NCBI GenBank assembly: GCA_043774805.1
Contig: JAYVTB010000151.1
Span: 7 to 64,006 of the forward strand
Direction: 5' to 3'
Length of the DNA stretch: 64,000 bases
Origin: Cyclobacteriaceae bacterium
Lineage (GTDB): Bacteria; Bacteroidota; Bacteroidia; Cytophagales; Cyclobacteriaceae
The notes under the pieces were generated by a model. The model was not told the DNA's origin, did not search any database, and worked only from the letters and a program-made list of their open reading frames with translations. Each line of letters starts with the position of its first letter. The first letter of the stretch is position 1. The position numbers were made by a program, and so were the translations under genes. Shown here piece by piece: positions 1 through 9,397 of the stretch.

Positions 1-1
1 T

Positions 2-694
2 TATGGTTTTCAGATTGCTATTGAGAACATCCATTCCGAAACTTACTCTTTATTAATAGACACCTACGTAAAGGACCCAAGAGAAAAAGACAAACTCTTC
101 CACGGGGTTGACACCATGGACTGCGTGAAGAAAAAAGCTGACTGGGCACTGCGCTGGATTTCTCAGGGTACTTTTCAGGAGCGGCTCATCGCCTTCGCAG
201 CCGTAGAAGGAATTTTCTTTTCAGGTTCGTTCTGCTCTATCTTCTGGCTGAAGAAACGCGGGTTGATGCCAGGACTGACTTTTTCCAATGAACTGATCTC
301 CAGAGATGAAGGCTTGCATTGTGATTTCGCTTGTCATCTTTACACCAAGCATGTGGTCAATCATTTACCTGTTGAAAAGGTAATTGATATCATAAAAGAT
401 GCTGTGGAGATCGAGAAAGAGTTTGTGACCGATGCACTTCCTGTAAACCTGATTGGCATGAATGCATTACAAATGCGACAGTACATTGAATTTGTCGCAG
501 ATCGCTTACTTAACGAATTGGTTGGAAAGAAAATTTACAATACTGCCAACCCATTCGACTTCATGGACATGATCTCACTGCGAGGAAAAACAAATTTCTT
601 CGAAAAGCGCGTGGCCGAATATCAAAAAGCCGGAGTTATGAACAGCATGGAAAAAGATTCCAGTCCGAAGTTTTCATTGAACGAAGATTTTTGA
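2..694 (+). CDS. nrdB: Ribonucleotide reductase class Ia beta subunit, 5'-truncated by the window edge
   Basis: The frame is open from base 2 ([22 protein letters not shown]...). It carries the metal ligands [14 protein letters not shown] and DEGLH and the C-terminal [11 protein letters not shown]. Confidence 0.97.
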   Translation, partial: YGFQIAIENIHSETYSLLIDTYVKDPREKDKLFHGVDTMDCVKKKADWALRWISQGTFQERLIAFAAVEGIFFSGSFCSIFWLKKRGLMPGLTFSNELISRDEGLHCDFACHLYTKHVVNHLPVEKVIDIIKDAVEIEKEFVTDALPVNLIGMNALQMRQYIEFVADRLLNELVGKKIYNTANPFDFMDMISLRGKTNFFEKRVAEYQKAGVMNSMEKDSSPKFSLNEDF

Positions 695-749
695 TACATT
701 CGATCACATTTTTTAAACTTTCTTTTTACACCAAACAACCCTATTCTAA

Positions 750-3212
750 ATGCTCGTATTAAAACGTGACGGACACAGGGAGTCCGTAAAGTTTGATAAA
801 ATCACCGCCCGTATTGAAAAACTCTGCTATGGTTTAGATCCCAATTTTGTCAACCCGGTAGAAGTGGCTATGAAGGTGATCAACGGTCTGTATGACGGTG
901 TTTCAACTCAAGAACTTGACAACCTTGCCGCAGAGATTGCAGCAACACTCACCACCAAACATCCGGACTTCGCCAAGTTGGCAGCACGCATCGCTGTTTC
1001 CAACTTGCATAAAGTCACCAGTAAGTCTTTTTCAAACACGATGAAAAGACTTTATACCTATGTAGATCCGAAGACCGGCCAGAACGCTCCACTTATCTCC
1101 AAAGAAACGTGGAAGGTAATTCATGAACATGCGGCTGAATTGGATGAAGCGATCCTCTATGATCGGGATTTCAGTTACGATTACTTCGGGTTTAAAACAC
1201 TGGAGCGCTCTTACCTCATGAAAATTGATGGTAAAGTAGTAGAGCGCCCTCAGCATTTGTTAATGCGCGTAGCGGTAGGCATTCATGGAGAAGATCTTCC
1301 TGGTGCCATTGAAACGTATAACCTGCTATCAGAGAAGTGGTTCACCCATGCTACTCCAACTCTGTTCAATGCAGGAACTCCAAAGCCTCAACTTTCATCC
1401 TGCTTCCTTCTCACCATGAAGGACGACAGCATCGATGGAATTTATGATACCTTAAAACAAACCGCCAAGATTTCGCAGTCTGCTGGTGGTATTGGTCTAA
1501 GCATTCACAATGTGCGAGCAAAAGGCTCTTATATTAAAGGAACCGGTGGCACATCCAATGGTATTGTGCCCATGCTGAGAAATTTTGACATGACAGCACG
1601 TTATGTGGATCAGGGAGGTGGCAAACGCAAAGGCAGTTTCGCGATCTATCTTGAACCCTGGCATGCCGATGTGTTTGAATTCCTCGAACTAAAGAAGAAC
1701 CATGGAAAAGAAGAAATGCGCGCACGCGATCTGTTCTATGCGATGTGGATTCCTGATTTGTTCATGAAGCGCATTGAAAGTAATGAGATGTGGTCACTCT
1801 TCTGCCCTAATGAAGCTCCCGGGCTTGCTGATTGCTATGGCGATGAGTTTGAGCGTCTCTACGAGAAATACGAAAAAGAAGGAAAAGCACGCAGACAAGT
1901 TAAAGCACAGGACTTGTGGTTTGAAATTCTGGAAGCACAGATTGAGACCGGCACACCTTATATGTTATATAAAGATGCTGCCAACAAGAAATCGAACCAG
2001 AAGAACCTTGGCACGATCAAATCAAGTAATCTCTGCACCGAGATCATGGAGTACACTTCACCCGATGAAGTGGCCGTTTGTAATCTCGCTTCCATCGCAC
2101 TTCCAAAATTCGTAACCGAAGATGGCAAGTTCGATCACCAGAAGTTATATGAAATCACCAAAGTAGTTACGCGCAACCTGAACAAGGTGATTGATGTGAA
2201 CTACTACCCAGTGCCTGAGGCTAAGTATTCAAACATGCGTCACCGCCCGATTGGTATTGGTGTGCAAGGATTAGCGGATGCCTTCATTTTACTTCGCATG
2301 CCATTTGAGTCTGACGAAGCCCGTGGATTGAACATAGCCATTCATGAGACCATCTATTTTGCAGCGATGGAAACTTCCATGGAGTTAGCAAAACTGAATG
2401 GCCCTTACGAAACCTTCAAAGGATCACCCGTGTCAAAAGGAATTTTCCAGTTTGATATGTGGGGAGTAACTCCGGATTCTGGCCGTTGGGATTGGGACAA
2501 TCTTAAGAAAGACGTGAAGCAACACGGTGTTCGCAACTCATTGTTGCTGGCTCCTATGCCTACCGCTTCTACTTCACAGATTTTAGGTAACAACGAATGT
2601 TTTGAGCCATATACCTCAAACATCTACACCCGCAGAACGCTATCAGGCGAATTCATCATTGCCAACAAGCACCTGATGAAAGATCTGATCAGTCTTGGGT
2701 TGTGGAGTGAAAACATGCGCCAGAAACTGATTTCCACTAACGGTTCTGTACAGCCTATTCCTGAGATTCCTCAAAACATCAAGGACATCTATAAAACGGT
2801 ATGGGAAATTTCGCAGAAGTCCATCATTGATATGAGTGCCGACCGCGGAGCCTATATCTGCCAGTCGCAGAGTTTGAACATTCACCTGACAGATCCAAAC
2901 TTTGGCAAACTCACTTCGATGCACTTCTATGCCTGGAAGAAAGGCCTGAAAACAGGTATGTATTACCTGCGCTCTACAGCCGCTGCGGACGCTATCAAGT
3001 TTACACTTGACAAGAATGCTGCACAGCAACCTTTTACTCCAGTCGTTTCAACTCCAGTTGTCGCCACGGTGACTGAGCCTGTTGCTATCTATGCAGTAAA
3101 ATCAGAAACGCAACAATCCATTCCGTATGAACAAGTCAGCGATGAACAGAAGCGTTCTGATATGGCCTGCTCGCTGGATAATCCGGAAGCGTGTGAAGCG
3201 TGCGGATCCTAA
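750..3212 (+). CDS. nrdA: Ribonucleotide reductase class Ia alpha subunit with N-terminal ATP cone
   Basis: ATP cone ([16 protein letters not shown]), [37 protein letters not shown] and C-terminal CEACGS. Confidence 0.98.
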   Translation: MLVLKRDGHRESVKFDKITARIEKLCYGLDPNFVNPVEVAMKVINGLYDGVSTQELDNLAAEIAATLTTKHPDFAKLAARIAVSNLHKVTSKSFSNTMKRLYTYVDPKTGQNAPLISKETWKVIHEHAAELDEAILYDRDFSYDYFGFKTLERSYLMKIDGKVVERPQHLLMRVAVGIHGEDLPGAIETYNLLSEKWFTHATPTLFNAGTPKPQLSSCFLLTMKDDSIDGIYDTLKQTAKISQSAGGIGLSIHNVRAKGSYIKGTGGTSNGIVPMLRNFDMTARYVDQGGGKRKGSFAIYLEPWHADVFEFLELKKNHGKEEMRARDLFYAMWIPDLFMKRIESNEMWSLFCPNEAPGLADCYGDEFERLYEKYEKEGKARRQVKAQDLWFEILEAQIETGTPYMLYKDAANKKSNQKNLGTIKSSNLCTEIMEYTSPDEVAVCNLASIALPKFVTEDGKFDHQKLYEITKVVTRNLNKVIDVNYYPVPEAKYSNMRHRPIGIGVQGLADAFILLRMPFESDEARGLNIAIHETIYFAAMETSMELAKLNGPYETFKGSPVSKGIFQFDMWGVTPDSGRWDWDNLKKDVKQHGVRNSLLLAPMPTASTSQILGNNECFEPYTSNIYTRRTLSGEFIIANKHLMKDLISLGLWSENMRQKLISTNGSVQPIPEIPQNIKDIYKTVWEISQKSIIDMSADRGAYICQSQSLNIHLTDPNFGKLTSMHFYAWKKGLKTGMYYLRSTAAADAIKFTLDKNAAQQPFTPVVSTPVVATVTEPVAIYAVKSETQQSIPYEQVSDEQKRSDMACSLDNPEACEACGS

Positions 3213-3235
3213 AATCGAGAGTAACATTAAAATTG

Positions 3236-3265
3236 AAAAAGCCCCTCATCATGTGGGGCTTTTTT
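3236..3265 (+). terminator. Intrinsic terminator after nrdA
   Basis: AAAAAGCCCC-loop-GGGGCTTTTTT hairpin with a T-tract. Confidence 0.85.
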
Positions 3266-3281
3266 ATTTACCTACATCAAT

Positions 3282-3450
3282 TTAACCTGGATTATGCAAT
3301 AGCCGCGACCTTCAGGTCGGGGGGAATAAACAAAAAAATATTTGGCTTTAGCCAAAATTATCTTTGGGCTAAAGCCCCTTTTGGATTGTTTTCATTTGTT
3401 CCCCGACATAAATGTCGGGGCTATTTTTCTAATGCATAATCCGGGTTTAA
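3282..3450. repeat. Nested-palindrome REPIN/MITE-like element, copy 1
   Basis: Near-identical copy at 14035-14195. Terminal imperfect inverted repeats (ttaacctggattatgca / tgcataatccgggtttaa), two inverted ATAGCC-footed hairpins and two inner GGCTTTAGCC / GGCTAAAGCC palindromes. Confidence 0.85.
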
Positions 3451-3465
3451 CCGTAAATTGACAGT

Positions 3466-4458
3466 ATGAAAATCGCATTCTTCAGTACGCAACCCTACGA
3501 CAAGACCTTTTTTGAACTGCACAATTTAGGATTCGGTTTAACAATTGAATATTATGAAGCGACCCTAAATGAAAAGACAGTTAATCTATTGGGAAATGTT
3601 GAGGCTGTTTGTGTGTTTGTAAACGATCAAATCAATAGACCTGTCATTCAAGCTTTAGCTGGTAAAGGAATAAAAATAATAGCCTTACGTTGTGCCGGTT
3701 TTAATAACGTTGACCTGGAGGCAGCTAAAGAATTTGATATTAAAATCGTTCGTGTTCCTGCATATTCCCCTTATGCAGTCGCGGAGCATGCTGTTGCCAT
3801 GATTATGACATTGAATAGAAAAACGCACAAAGCATATAATCGGGTGCGTGAGCAAAACTTTTCACTCAATGGTCTTCTCGGCTTTGATCTTCATGGAAAA
3901 ACGGTGGGTGTGGTTGGGACTGGAAATATCGGACAGGTATTTTGTACCATTATGAATGGCTTCGGTTGCAAGGTGCTCGCCTATGATATTCATCCCAAAG
4001 AGGCACTGATTTCGCTAGGGGTGCAATACGTTCCGCTGGCAGAAATATTTACACAATCAGATATTATTTCACTTCATTGTCCGCTCAATGAACATACACG
4101 GTACCTCATCAATGATCAGTCTGTTCAGCAAATGAAAAAAGGAGTTATGCTAATCAATACCAGTAGAGGTGCACTCATTGATACACGAACAGCGATACAA
4201 GCACTTAAGTCGAGAGTTATCGGTTCATTGGGAATTGATGTTTATGAGCAAGAAGAAAAGTTATTCTTCCGCGATCTTTCTGAAAAAATCATTCAGGATG
4301 ATATAATTACCCGTCTTAGCAGTTTTCCAAATGTGCTAATTACAGCGCATCAGGGGTTCTTCACCCATGAAGCATTGACACAAATGGCATTGACTACGCT
4401 CTCCAATATTACAAGTTATCAAAAGGGAGAGCCTTTAATCAATGAGGTTAAGTTTTAA
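3466..4458 (+). CDS. ldhA: D-lactate dehydrogenase / D-2-hydroxyacid dehydrogenase
   Basis: MKIAFFSTQPYD start, RCAGFNNVD, GVVGTGNIG, LINTSRG, DVYEQE, TAHQ. Confidence 0.9.
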   Translation: MKIAFFSTQPYDKTFFELHNLGFGLTIEYYEATLNEKTVNLLGNVEAVCVFVNDQINRPVIQALAGKGIKIIALRCAGFNNVDLEAAKEFDIKIVRVPAYSPYAVAEHAVAMIMTLNRKTHKAYNRVREQNFSLNGLLGFDLHGKTVGVVGTGNIGQVFCTIMNGFGCKVLAYDIHPKEALISLGVQYVPLAEIFTQSDIISLHCPLNEHTRYLINDQSVQQMKKGVMLINTSRGALIDTRTAIQALKSRVIGSLGIDVYEQEEKLFFRDLSEKIIQDDIITRLSSFPNVLITAHQGFFTHEALTQMALTTLSNITSYQKGEPLINEVKF

Positions 4459-4464
4459 ATGAAG

Positions 4465-4500
4465 AGTGATGATTTACCGCTAAAACGGTAAATCATCACT
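4465..4500. repeat. Perfect 15-bp inverted repeat spanning the stop codon of the DUF3127-like gene
   Basis: AGTGATGATTTACCG-CTAAAA-CGGTAAATCATCACT. Confidence 0.9.
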
Positions 4501-4830
4501 AGCCGTATTATCAGGAATAAAGGAATCATCGGTTGGTGGTGGCGCAGAGTCCTTACCAGATGCACCGGTTTGTTTCGCTACCTTCCATGCACGTGCTTCG
4601 GTGTACCAACGACCATTGTATTCGCGGCTTTCCAAATTGATGGAGGCGGTAATTTTTTCGCCAATAGACAATTTGATTTCATCTACCTTTTCGCCCCATA
4701 AGGAAAGGCACACTTTCTTGGGATATTGGCCAGGCGTTTCAAGTATAAATTCCTGCTTCTTCCACACTCCGTTTTTGCCTTGTCCGGTTTGCAAAGGCAA
4801 AAGACTAACTACTGTTCCTGCTATTTCCAT
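4480..4830 (-). CDS. DUF3127-like putative OB-fold ssDNA-binding protein with an SSB-type tail
   Basis: W-K-K-Q-E-F...QYPKK...SREYNGRWYT pattern recalled as DUF3127. A low-complexity linker ends in DDLPF. Confidence 0.8.
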   Translation of the reverse strand: MEIAGTVVSLLPLQTGQGKNGVWKKQEFILETPGQYPKKVCLSLWGEKVDEIKLSIGEKITASINLESREYNGRWYTEARAWKVAKQTGASGKDSAPPPTDDSFIPDNTASDDLPF

Positions 4831-4837
4831 AAATAAA

Positions 4838-5419
4838 TTACAATAAAGATTTCAACTCAAACACTAATCCGGGCATCACTTCCATGCCTTCCAATTTCTC
4901 ATCAAAAGAAATAATAGTTTTTACCAATCCCTTTTGCGAAAATACCCATGCTTTTTTTTCTAAAGGATCGATGAGCCATGCCAGCTGGCAGCCATTTTTA
5001 ATCCAATCTTCCATTTTGGATTTTAATTGATGGATTGAATCCGATGGGGATCTAACTTCAATAATAAAATCAGGACAAAGCGGAGGAAATTTTTCGCGCT
5101 GAATATGAGTAAGGGCATCCCACCTTTCCTTCAACACAAAAGCAGCATCTGGTGCCAGCACGGAATTGTCAGGAAGTCTAAACCCAACAGAAGAATCCAA
5201 CAGAATGCCTTTGTTTTCATGAGCATCATACCAATGAACCAAAGCCCTGTATATTTTAAAGTGAGTGGTTCCTGTTGTTCCGCCTGAAGGTGACATGATT
5301 ATTAATTGGCCGTCTTTGTTACGTTCAATGTGAAACCAATCATTGGCTATGCAGAAATCAAACAATTCATCATCCGTGAATGCACTTCTCTCAGGAAATT
5401 TCAATACTATAGGTTCCAT
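4838..5419 (-). CDS. Uma2 (DUF820) family PD-(D/E)xK endonuclease-like protein
   Basis: LAPDAAFV, CPDFIIEVRSPSD, KMEDW..NG..LAWLIDP. Confidence 0.88.
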   Translation of the reverse strand: MEPIVLKFPERSAFTDDELFDFCIANDWFHIERNKDGQLIIMSPSGGTTGTTHFKIYRALVHWYDAHENKGILLDSSVGFRLPDNSVLAPDAAFVLKERWDALTHIQREKFPPLCPDFIIEVRSPSDSIHQLKSKMEDWIKNGCQLAWLIDPLEKKAWVFSQKGLVKTIISFDEKLEGMEVMPGLVFELKSLL

Positions 5420-5449
5420 GCACTGTAAAGATATGGAATTCGACTTTCG

Positions 5450-7342
5450 TTATAAAGCGCCATTCTTGATCTCCTCCACCACCGTAGGATCAACCAATGT
5501 AGACGTGTCGCCTAAATTGCTGGTTTCGCCTTCTGCCACCTTGCGCAAAATCCTGCGCATAATTTTTCCTGAGCGGGTTTTTGGCAATCCGCTTACAAAC
5601 TGAATTTTATCGGGCTTGGCTATCGGGCCTATGATTTTAGAAACCATCTCACGGATTTCCTTTCTCAGGTTTTCTTCTTCATGAGGCATATCATAACACG
5701 TTACGTACGCATAGACACCTTGCCCTTTGATATCGTGAGGGTAACCTACAACAGCCGACTCGCATACGGATGAGTGTTCATCAATAGCACTCTCAATTTC
5801 TGCTGTACCCATATTGTGGCCTGACACTATAATAATATCATCCACTCTTCCAGTGATGCGATAGTATCCTTCTTCATCGCGCTTGCATCCATCTCCTGTA
5901 AAATATTTTCCGGGGAAGGTGGAGAAGTAGGTGTCCTTAAACCGTTGATGATCGCCATAGATGGTTCGTGCCATGGAGGGCCATGGAAACTTAATGGTTA
6001 ATCTTCCCTCCACCCCGTTCTCTGATATTTCATTTCCACTTTCATCCATCACTGCAGGTTGAACACCAGGCAAAGGCAATGTTGCAAAGGCCGGTTTCAA
6101 TTTGGTCACATTAGCAATGGGAGAGATCATGATTCCTCCTGTTTCGGTTTGCCACCACGTATCTACAATCGGGCACTCACCCCGACCAATATGCTCGTGA
6201 TACCAATGCCATGCCTCCTCATTGATGGGCTCACCCACTGTTCCCAAAATCTTTATCTCTTGAAGATCATAATTATTTACAAAACTTAGTGGTGCTTTCT
6301 CCAACGATCGAATTGCCGTTGGGGCGGTATAAAAAATATTTACCTTATGCTTCTCAACCACATGCCAGAATCTTCCCATGTCTGGCCAGGATGGAACTCC
6401 TTCAAATATTACTGTTGTTGCTCCAGCCGACAATGGACCATATAAAATATAAGAGTGGCCAGTCACCCAACCCACATCGGCTGTGCACCAGAACACCTGA
6501 CCTTCCTGATATTGAAATACAGTGCGGAATGTATAATTGGTGAACACCATGTAGCCACCACACGTGTGGACCATCCCTTTGGGTTTGCCGGTAGATCCAG
6601 AAGTATAGAGAATGAAGAGTAAGTCTTCGGCATCCATTGCTTCAGCCGGACATTCCGCTGAAACTTTAGCGATTTCGTCATGCCACCATAGATCGCGACC
6701 GGGTTTCATCGTAACCGGATTCAATGTTCTTTGATAGACAATAGTCTTTTCTACCGTGGGGCATTTTAACAGGGCCTCATCTACAATTATCTTCAAATCG
6801 ATTTTTTTATCACCACGATATGATCCATCTGTGGTAAGCACAATTTTGCAACCCGAATCATTAATGCGATCAATCAGGGAACCAGCAGAAAATCCTGCAA
6901 ATACAACTGAGTGCACCGCACCGATACGGGCGCAACCCAAAATGGCATAGGCTACTTCAGGAATCATCGGCATATAAATGCAAACACGATCTCCTTTTTT
7001 CACGCCTTGATTCTTGAGCATGTTACCTACACGGCAAACATTATCATACAATTCCTGATAGGTGATGTGTCTGGATGGTTCATGGGGATCATTCGATTCC
7101 CAAATAATGGCATGTTGATTTGCCCGGTGAGGCAAATGGCGATCGATACAATTTTCGGTAATGTTCAACTTACCACCCAGAAACCACTTTACCTGAGCCT
7201 TATAGAAGTCCCATTCAAGTACCTTATCCCATTTCTTCTTCCATTGAAAATCTGATGCTACATCTGCCCAAAAAGCTTCGGGCTCTTCAACACTCTTTTT
7301 GTAGGTAGATAAGTACGCTTGTTGTGATCGGATAATTTCCAT
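5450..7342 (-). CDS. acs: Acetyl-CoA synthetase (AMP-forming)
   Basis: LYTSGSTGKPKG, VDTWWQTETG, ITGRVDD, LPKTRSGKIMRR. Confidence 0.97.
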   Translation of the reverse strand: MEIIRSQQAYLSTYKKSVEEPEAFWADVASDFQWKKKWDKVLEWDFYKAQVKWFLGGKLNITENCIDRHLPHRANQHAIIWESNDPHEPSRHITYQELYDNVCRVGNMLKNQGVKKGDRVCIYMPMIPEVAYAILGCARIGAVHSVVFAGFSAGSLIDRINDSGCKIVLTTDGSYRGDKKIDLKIIVDEALLKCPTVEKTIVYQRTLNPVTMKPGRDLWWHDEIAKVSAECPAEAMDAEDLLFILYTSGSTGKPKGMVHTCGGYMVFTNYTFRTVFQYQEGQVFWCTADVGWVTGHSYILYGPLSAGATTVIFEGVPSWPDMGRFWHVVEKHKVNIFYTAPTAIRSLEKAPLSFVNNYDLQEIKILGTVGEPINEEAWHWYHEHIGRGECPIVDTWWQTETGGIMISPIANVTKLKPAFATLPLPGVQPAVMDESGNEISENGVEGRLTIKFPWPSMARTIYGDHQRFKDTYFSTFPGKYFTGDGCKRDEEGYYRITGRVDDIIIVSGHNMGTAEIESAIDEHSSVCESAVVGYPHDIKGQGVYAYVTCYDMPHEEENLRKEIREMVSKIIGPIAKPDKIQFVSGLPKTRSGKIMRRILRKVAEGETSNLGDTSTLVDPTVVEEIKNGAL

Positions 7343-7477
7343 AATGAAATCAGAATTGGTAGTAGAATCACTAAAATCCGCCTTTTCTTTTAATATTCAA
7401 ATTGATTCTATCCGGAATGGAAAAAAGTGGTCGTCTTTGGCAACAGTTGAAGAATAACCGAATTGAATGAAGGAATA

Positions 7478-8245
7478 TTAAATAAGATATTCTACGGCAA
7501 CTGCCACAAGCGCTCCGACCACAGCAACTGCCAGTTTTTTTGCGTGAAAGCGGTGCTCAGGGCTACTTTCAAATACTATGGTGGTTGAAATGTGAAGGAA
7601 ATTCCCACTCACCAAGGCATATAAATAAATCAGGGAGGTATCGGACATGACATTACTCTCAATAAAGTAGGAACTAATGAACAAACCGACTGGAGCGGCA
7701 ACTGAAAACCCGATCAGGTAAGGAATTGCCTTTCTCTTCGAATGAAGTTGAGAAGCCAATACCGTCATCAGTGCAAAAGCAGCAGGCGCACGATGCAATG
7801 CAATGCCCAACAATACGGCATTTACATCATACCCAAAGCCGATGGTGGCAGGCTGCGCGAGCATACTTCCTTCCAAAAATGCATGCACACATAAAGCAGC
7901 TAATAAAACAAGAGCAGACACAGTTTGATGAGTGTGTGAGTGATGATGGCTATGATCGTGTTCATGATCATGGGTATGAACGTGACCGTGCTCTACACCA
8001 GACGTAAAATATTCCAACAACTGCTGTAGAAAAAAACCGGCCAGCACAAACAAACCAATTAATTCTACCTCACTGTTTTGTAAATAAAGTTGTGGCAGTA
8101 TGTGTGTTACGGTAATCGAAAAAAGGTATGACCCTGCAAATACAAGCAATAGTTTGAAATTACTTCCTTTCGCTGATGGAACCAGGTAGACCATTAACCC
8201 TGCCAGCAAGGGAGTAAAAAAAAGAACGATCAGTTTAATTGCCAT
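7478..8245 (-). CDS. ZIP family divalent metal transporter
   Basis: Multi-TM protein with HAFLEG and LHRAPAAF signature helices and a His-rich loop. Confidence 0.85.
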   Translation of the reverse strand: MAIKLIVLFFTPLLAGLMVYLVPSAKGSNFKLLLVFAGSYLFSITVTHILPQLYLQNSEVELIGLFVLAGFFLQQLLEYFTSGVEHGHVHTHDHEHDHSHHHSHTHQTVSALVLLAALCVHAFLEGSMLAQPATIGFGYDVNAVLLGIALHRAPAAFALMTVLASQLHSKRKAIPYLIGFSVAAPVGLFISSYFIESNVMSDTSLIYLYALVSGNFLHISTTIVFESSPEHRFHAKKLAVAVVGALVAVAVEYLI

Positions 8246-8273
8246 GTCTTTATCCGAAGATAACTTTGAATTG

Positions 8274-9302
8274 CTAGGGATTGATTTTTAGTTGTGTTCG
8301 TATTTTTTCCGTGGCAAAGGTAGCTAAACCTTCGGGTGCGGAATAAATTAAAAATGCATCGATCTCGGGATGCTTCTTCAAAATCTCCATTGCCTTTTCA
8401 TGTCCCATCGCCATAAAAGCAGTGCCCCAAACGTCCGCAGTCGTTGCATTATCAGCAAACACAGAGGCACTCAGGATTGCCCGGGAGGCAGGATAGCCTG
8501 TGAATGGATCAATGGTATGAGAATACTTCTTGCCATCTACTTCCCGATAATTAAAATAATTTCCTGAAGTGGTGAAGGACTTGTCGGAAAGCGTGACATA
8601 AGCTTTGAAGAATTGATTTTCATTTGTGGAGTTCGGATCGAGAATGCCCAACTCCCAGGGCTTGCCTGATTGAAGATTCATTCCTACTGCCATACCTTCA
8701 CCGCCCAACTCTACCAACATGTTTTTAATACCTTTTGTCTTTAAATAGTCGGTGATTACATCGGCTCCATAACCCTGACCTATTCCTCCAAAATCGATCT
8801 GAGCTCTCGGGTCAAGTTTCCAGATACTATCATGATTGAACTGAATTTTATTAAAGCCGATAAAACTTCTGATCGAATCAATTTTAGAACTATCTGGCCG
8901 CGAAACTTTCTGATGACCAAATCCCCACAAATTTACCAGGGGCATTACCGATGGATCAAAAGCTCCTTCCGAATCTTTATAAACCTGTTGAGCAACTTTA
9001 AGTGGTGGATACAGATAAGGAAGTTTAAAACGAAATCCGTTTGACTTATTAAATATCGAAACCTCTGAATACGGGTTGTAATTATTGATTGACAGATTCA
9101 CCAAAACGAGCAATGAATCAACATCTTTTTTAAAATTGCGTTGCTCCGGATCGAAATAGGTAATATGGTACGTAGTGGCCATTGTCTCTCCTTCAATCTT
9201 GATTGGCGCTGTTGGTATCTCGGGATTTCTCCATTTCCAAACCACAAACATGGCTATGAGCAGGATCACCGAATAAATTGCGTTCTTCCAACGATTGTCC
9301 AT
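8274..9302 (-). CDS. apbE: FAD:protein FMN transferase
   Basis: GETMATTYHI, FDPSV.PLVNLWGF, DFGGIGQG, TSGNY, SHTIDP.TG. Confidence 0.9.
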   Translation of the reverse strand: MDNRWKNAIYSVILLIAMFVVWKWRNPEIPTAPIKIEGETMATTYHITYFDPEQRNFKKDVDSLLVLVNLSINNYNPYSEVSIFNKSNGFRFKLPYLYPPLKVAQQVYKDSEGAFDPSVMPLVNLWGFGHQKVSRPDSSKIDSIRSFIGFNKIQFNHDSIWKLDPRAQIDFGGIGQGYGADVITDYLKTKGIKNMLVELGGEGMAVGMNLQSGKPWELGILDPNSTNENQFFKAYVTLSDKSFTTSGNYFNYREVDGKKYSHTIDPFTGYPASRAILSASVFADNATTADVWGTAFMAMGHEKAMEILKKHPEIDAFLIYSAPEGLATFATEKIRTQLKINP

Positions 9303-9397
9303 GAGTTTGAATTTTGGCGGTGCAATTTAGAACCATGCCGATCCGATTAAAACACTTTTAGTGGTTTATTTGCTTAACTTTCGATTGAGAAATACCT

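Noticed and set aside
3200-3439. 79-aa ORF between nrdA and ldhA
   Set aside because: It is read through the terminator and the palindromic repeat element and has no protein-like features.
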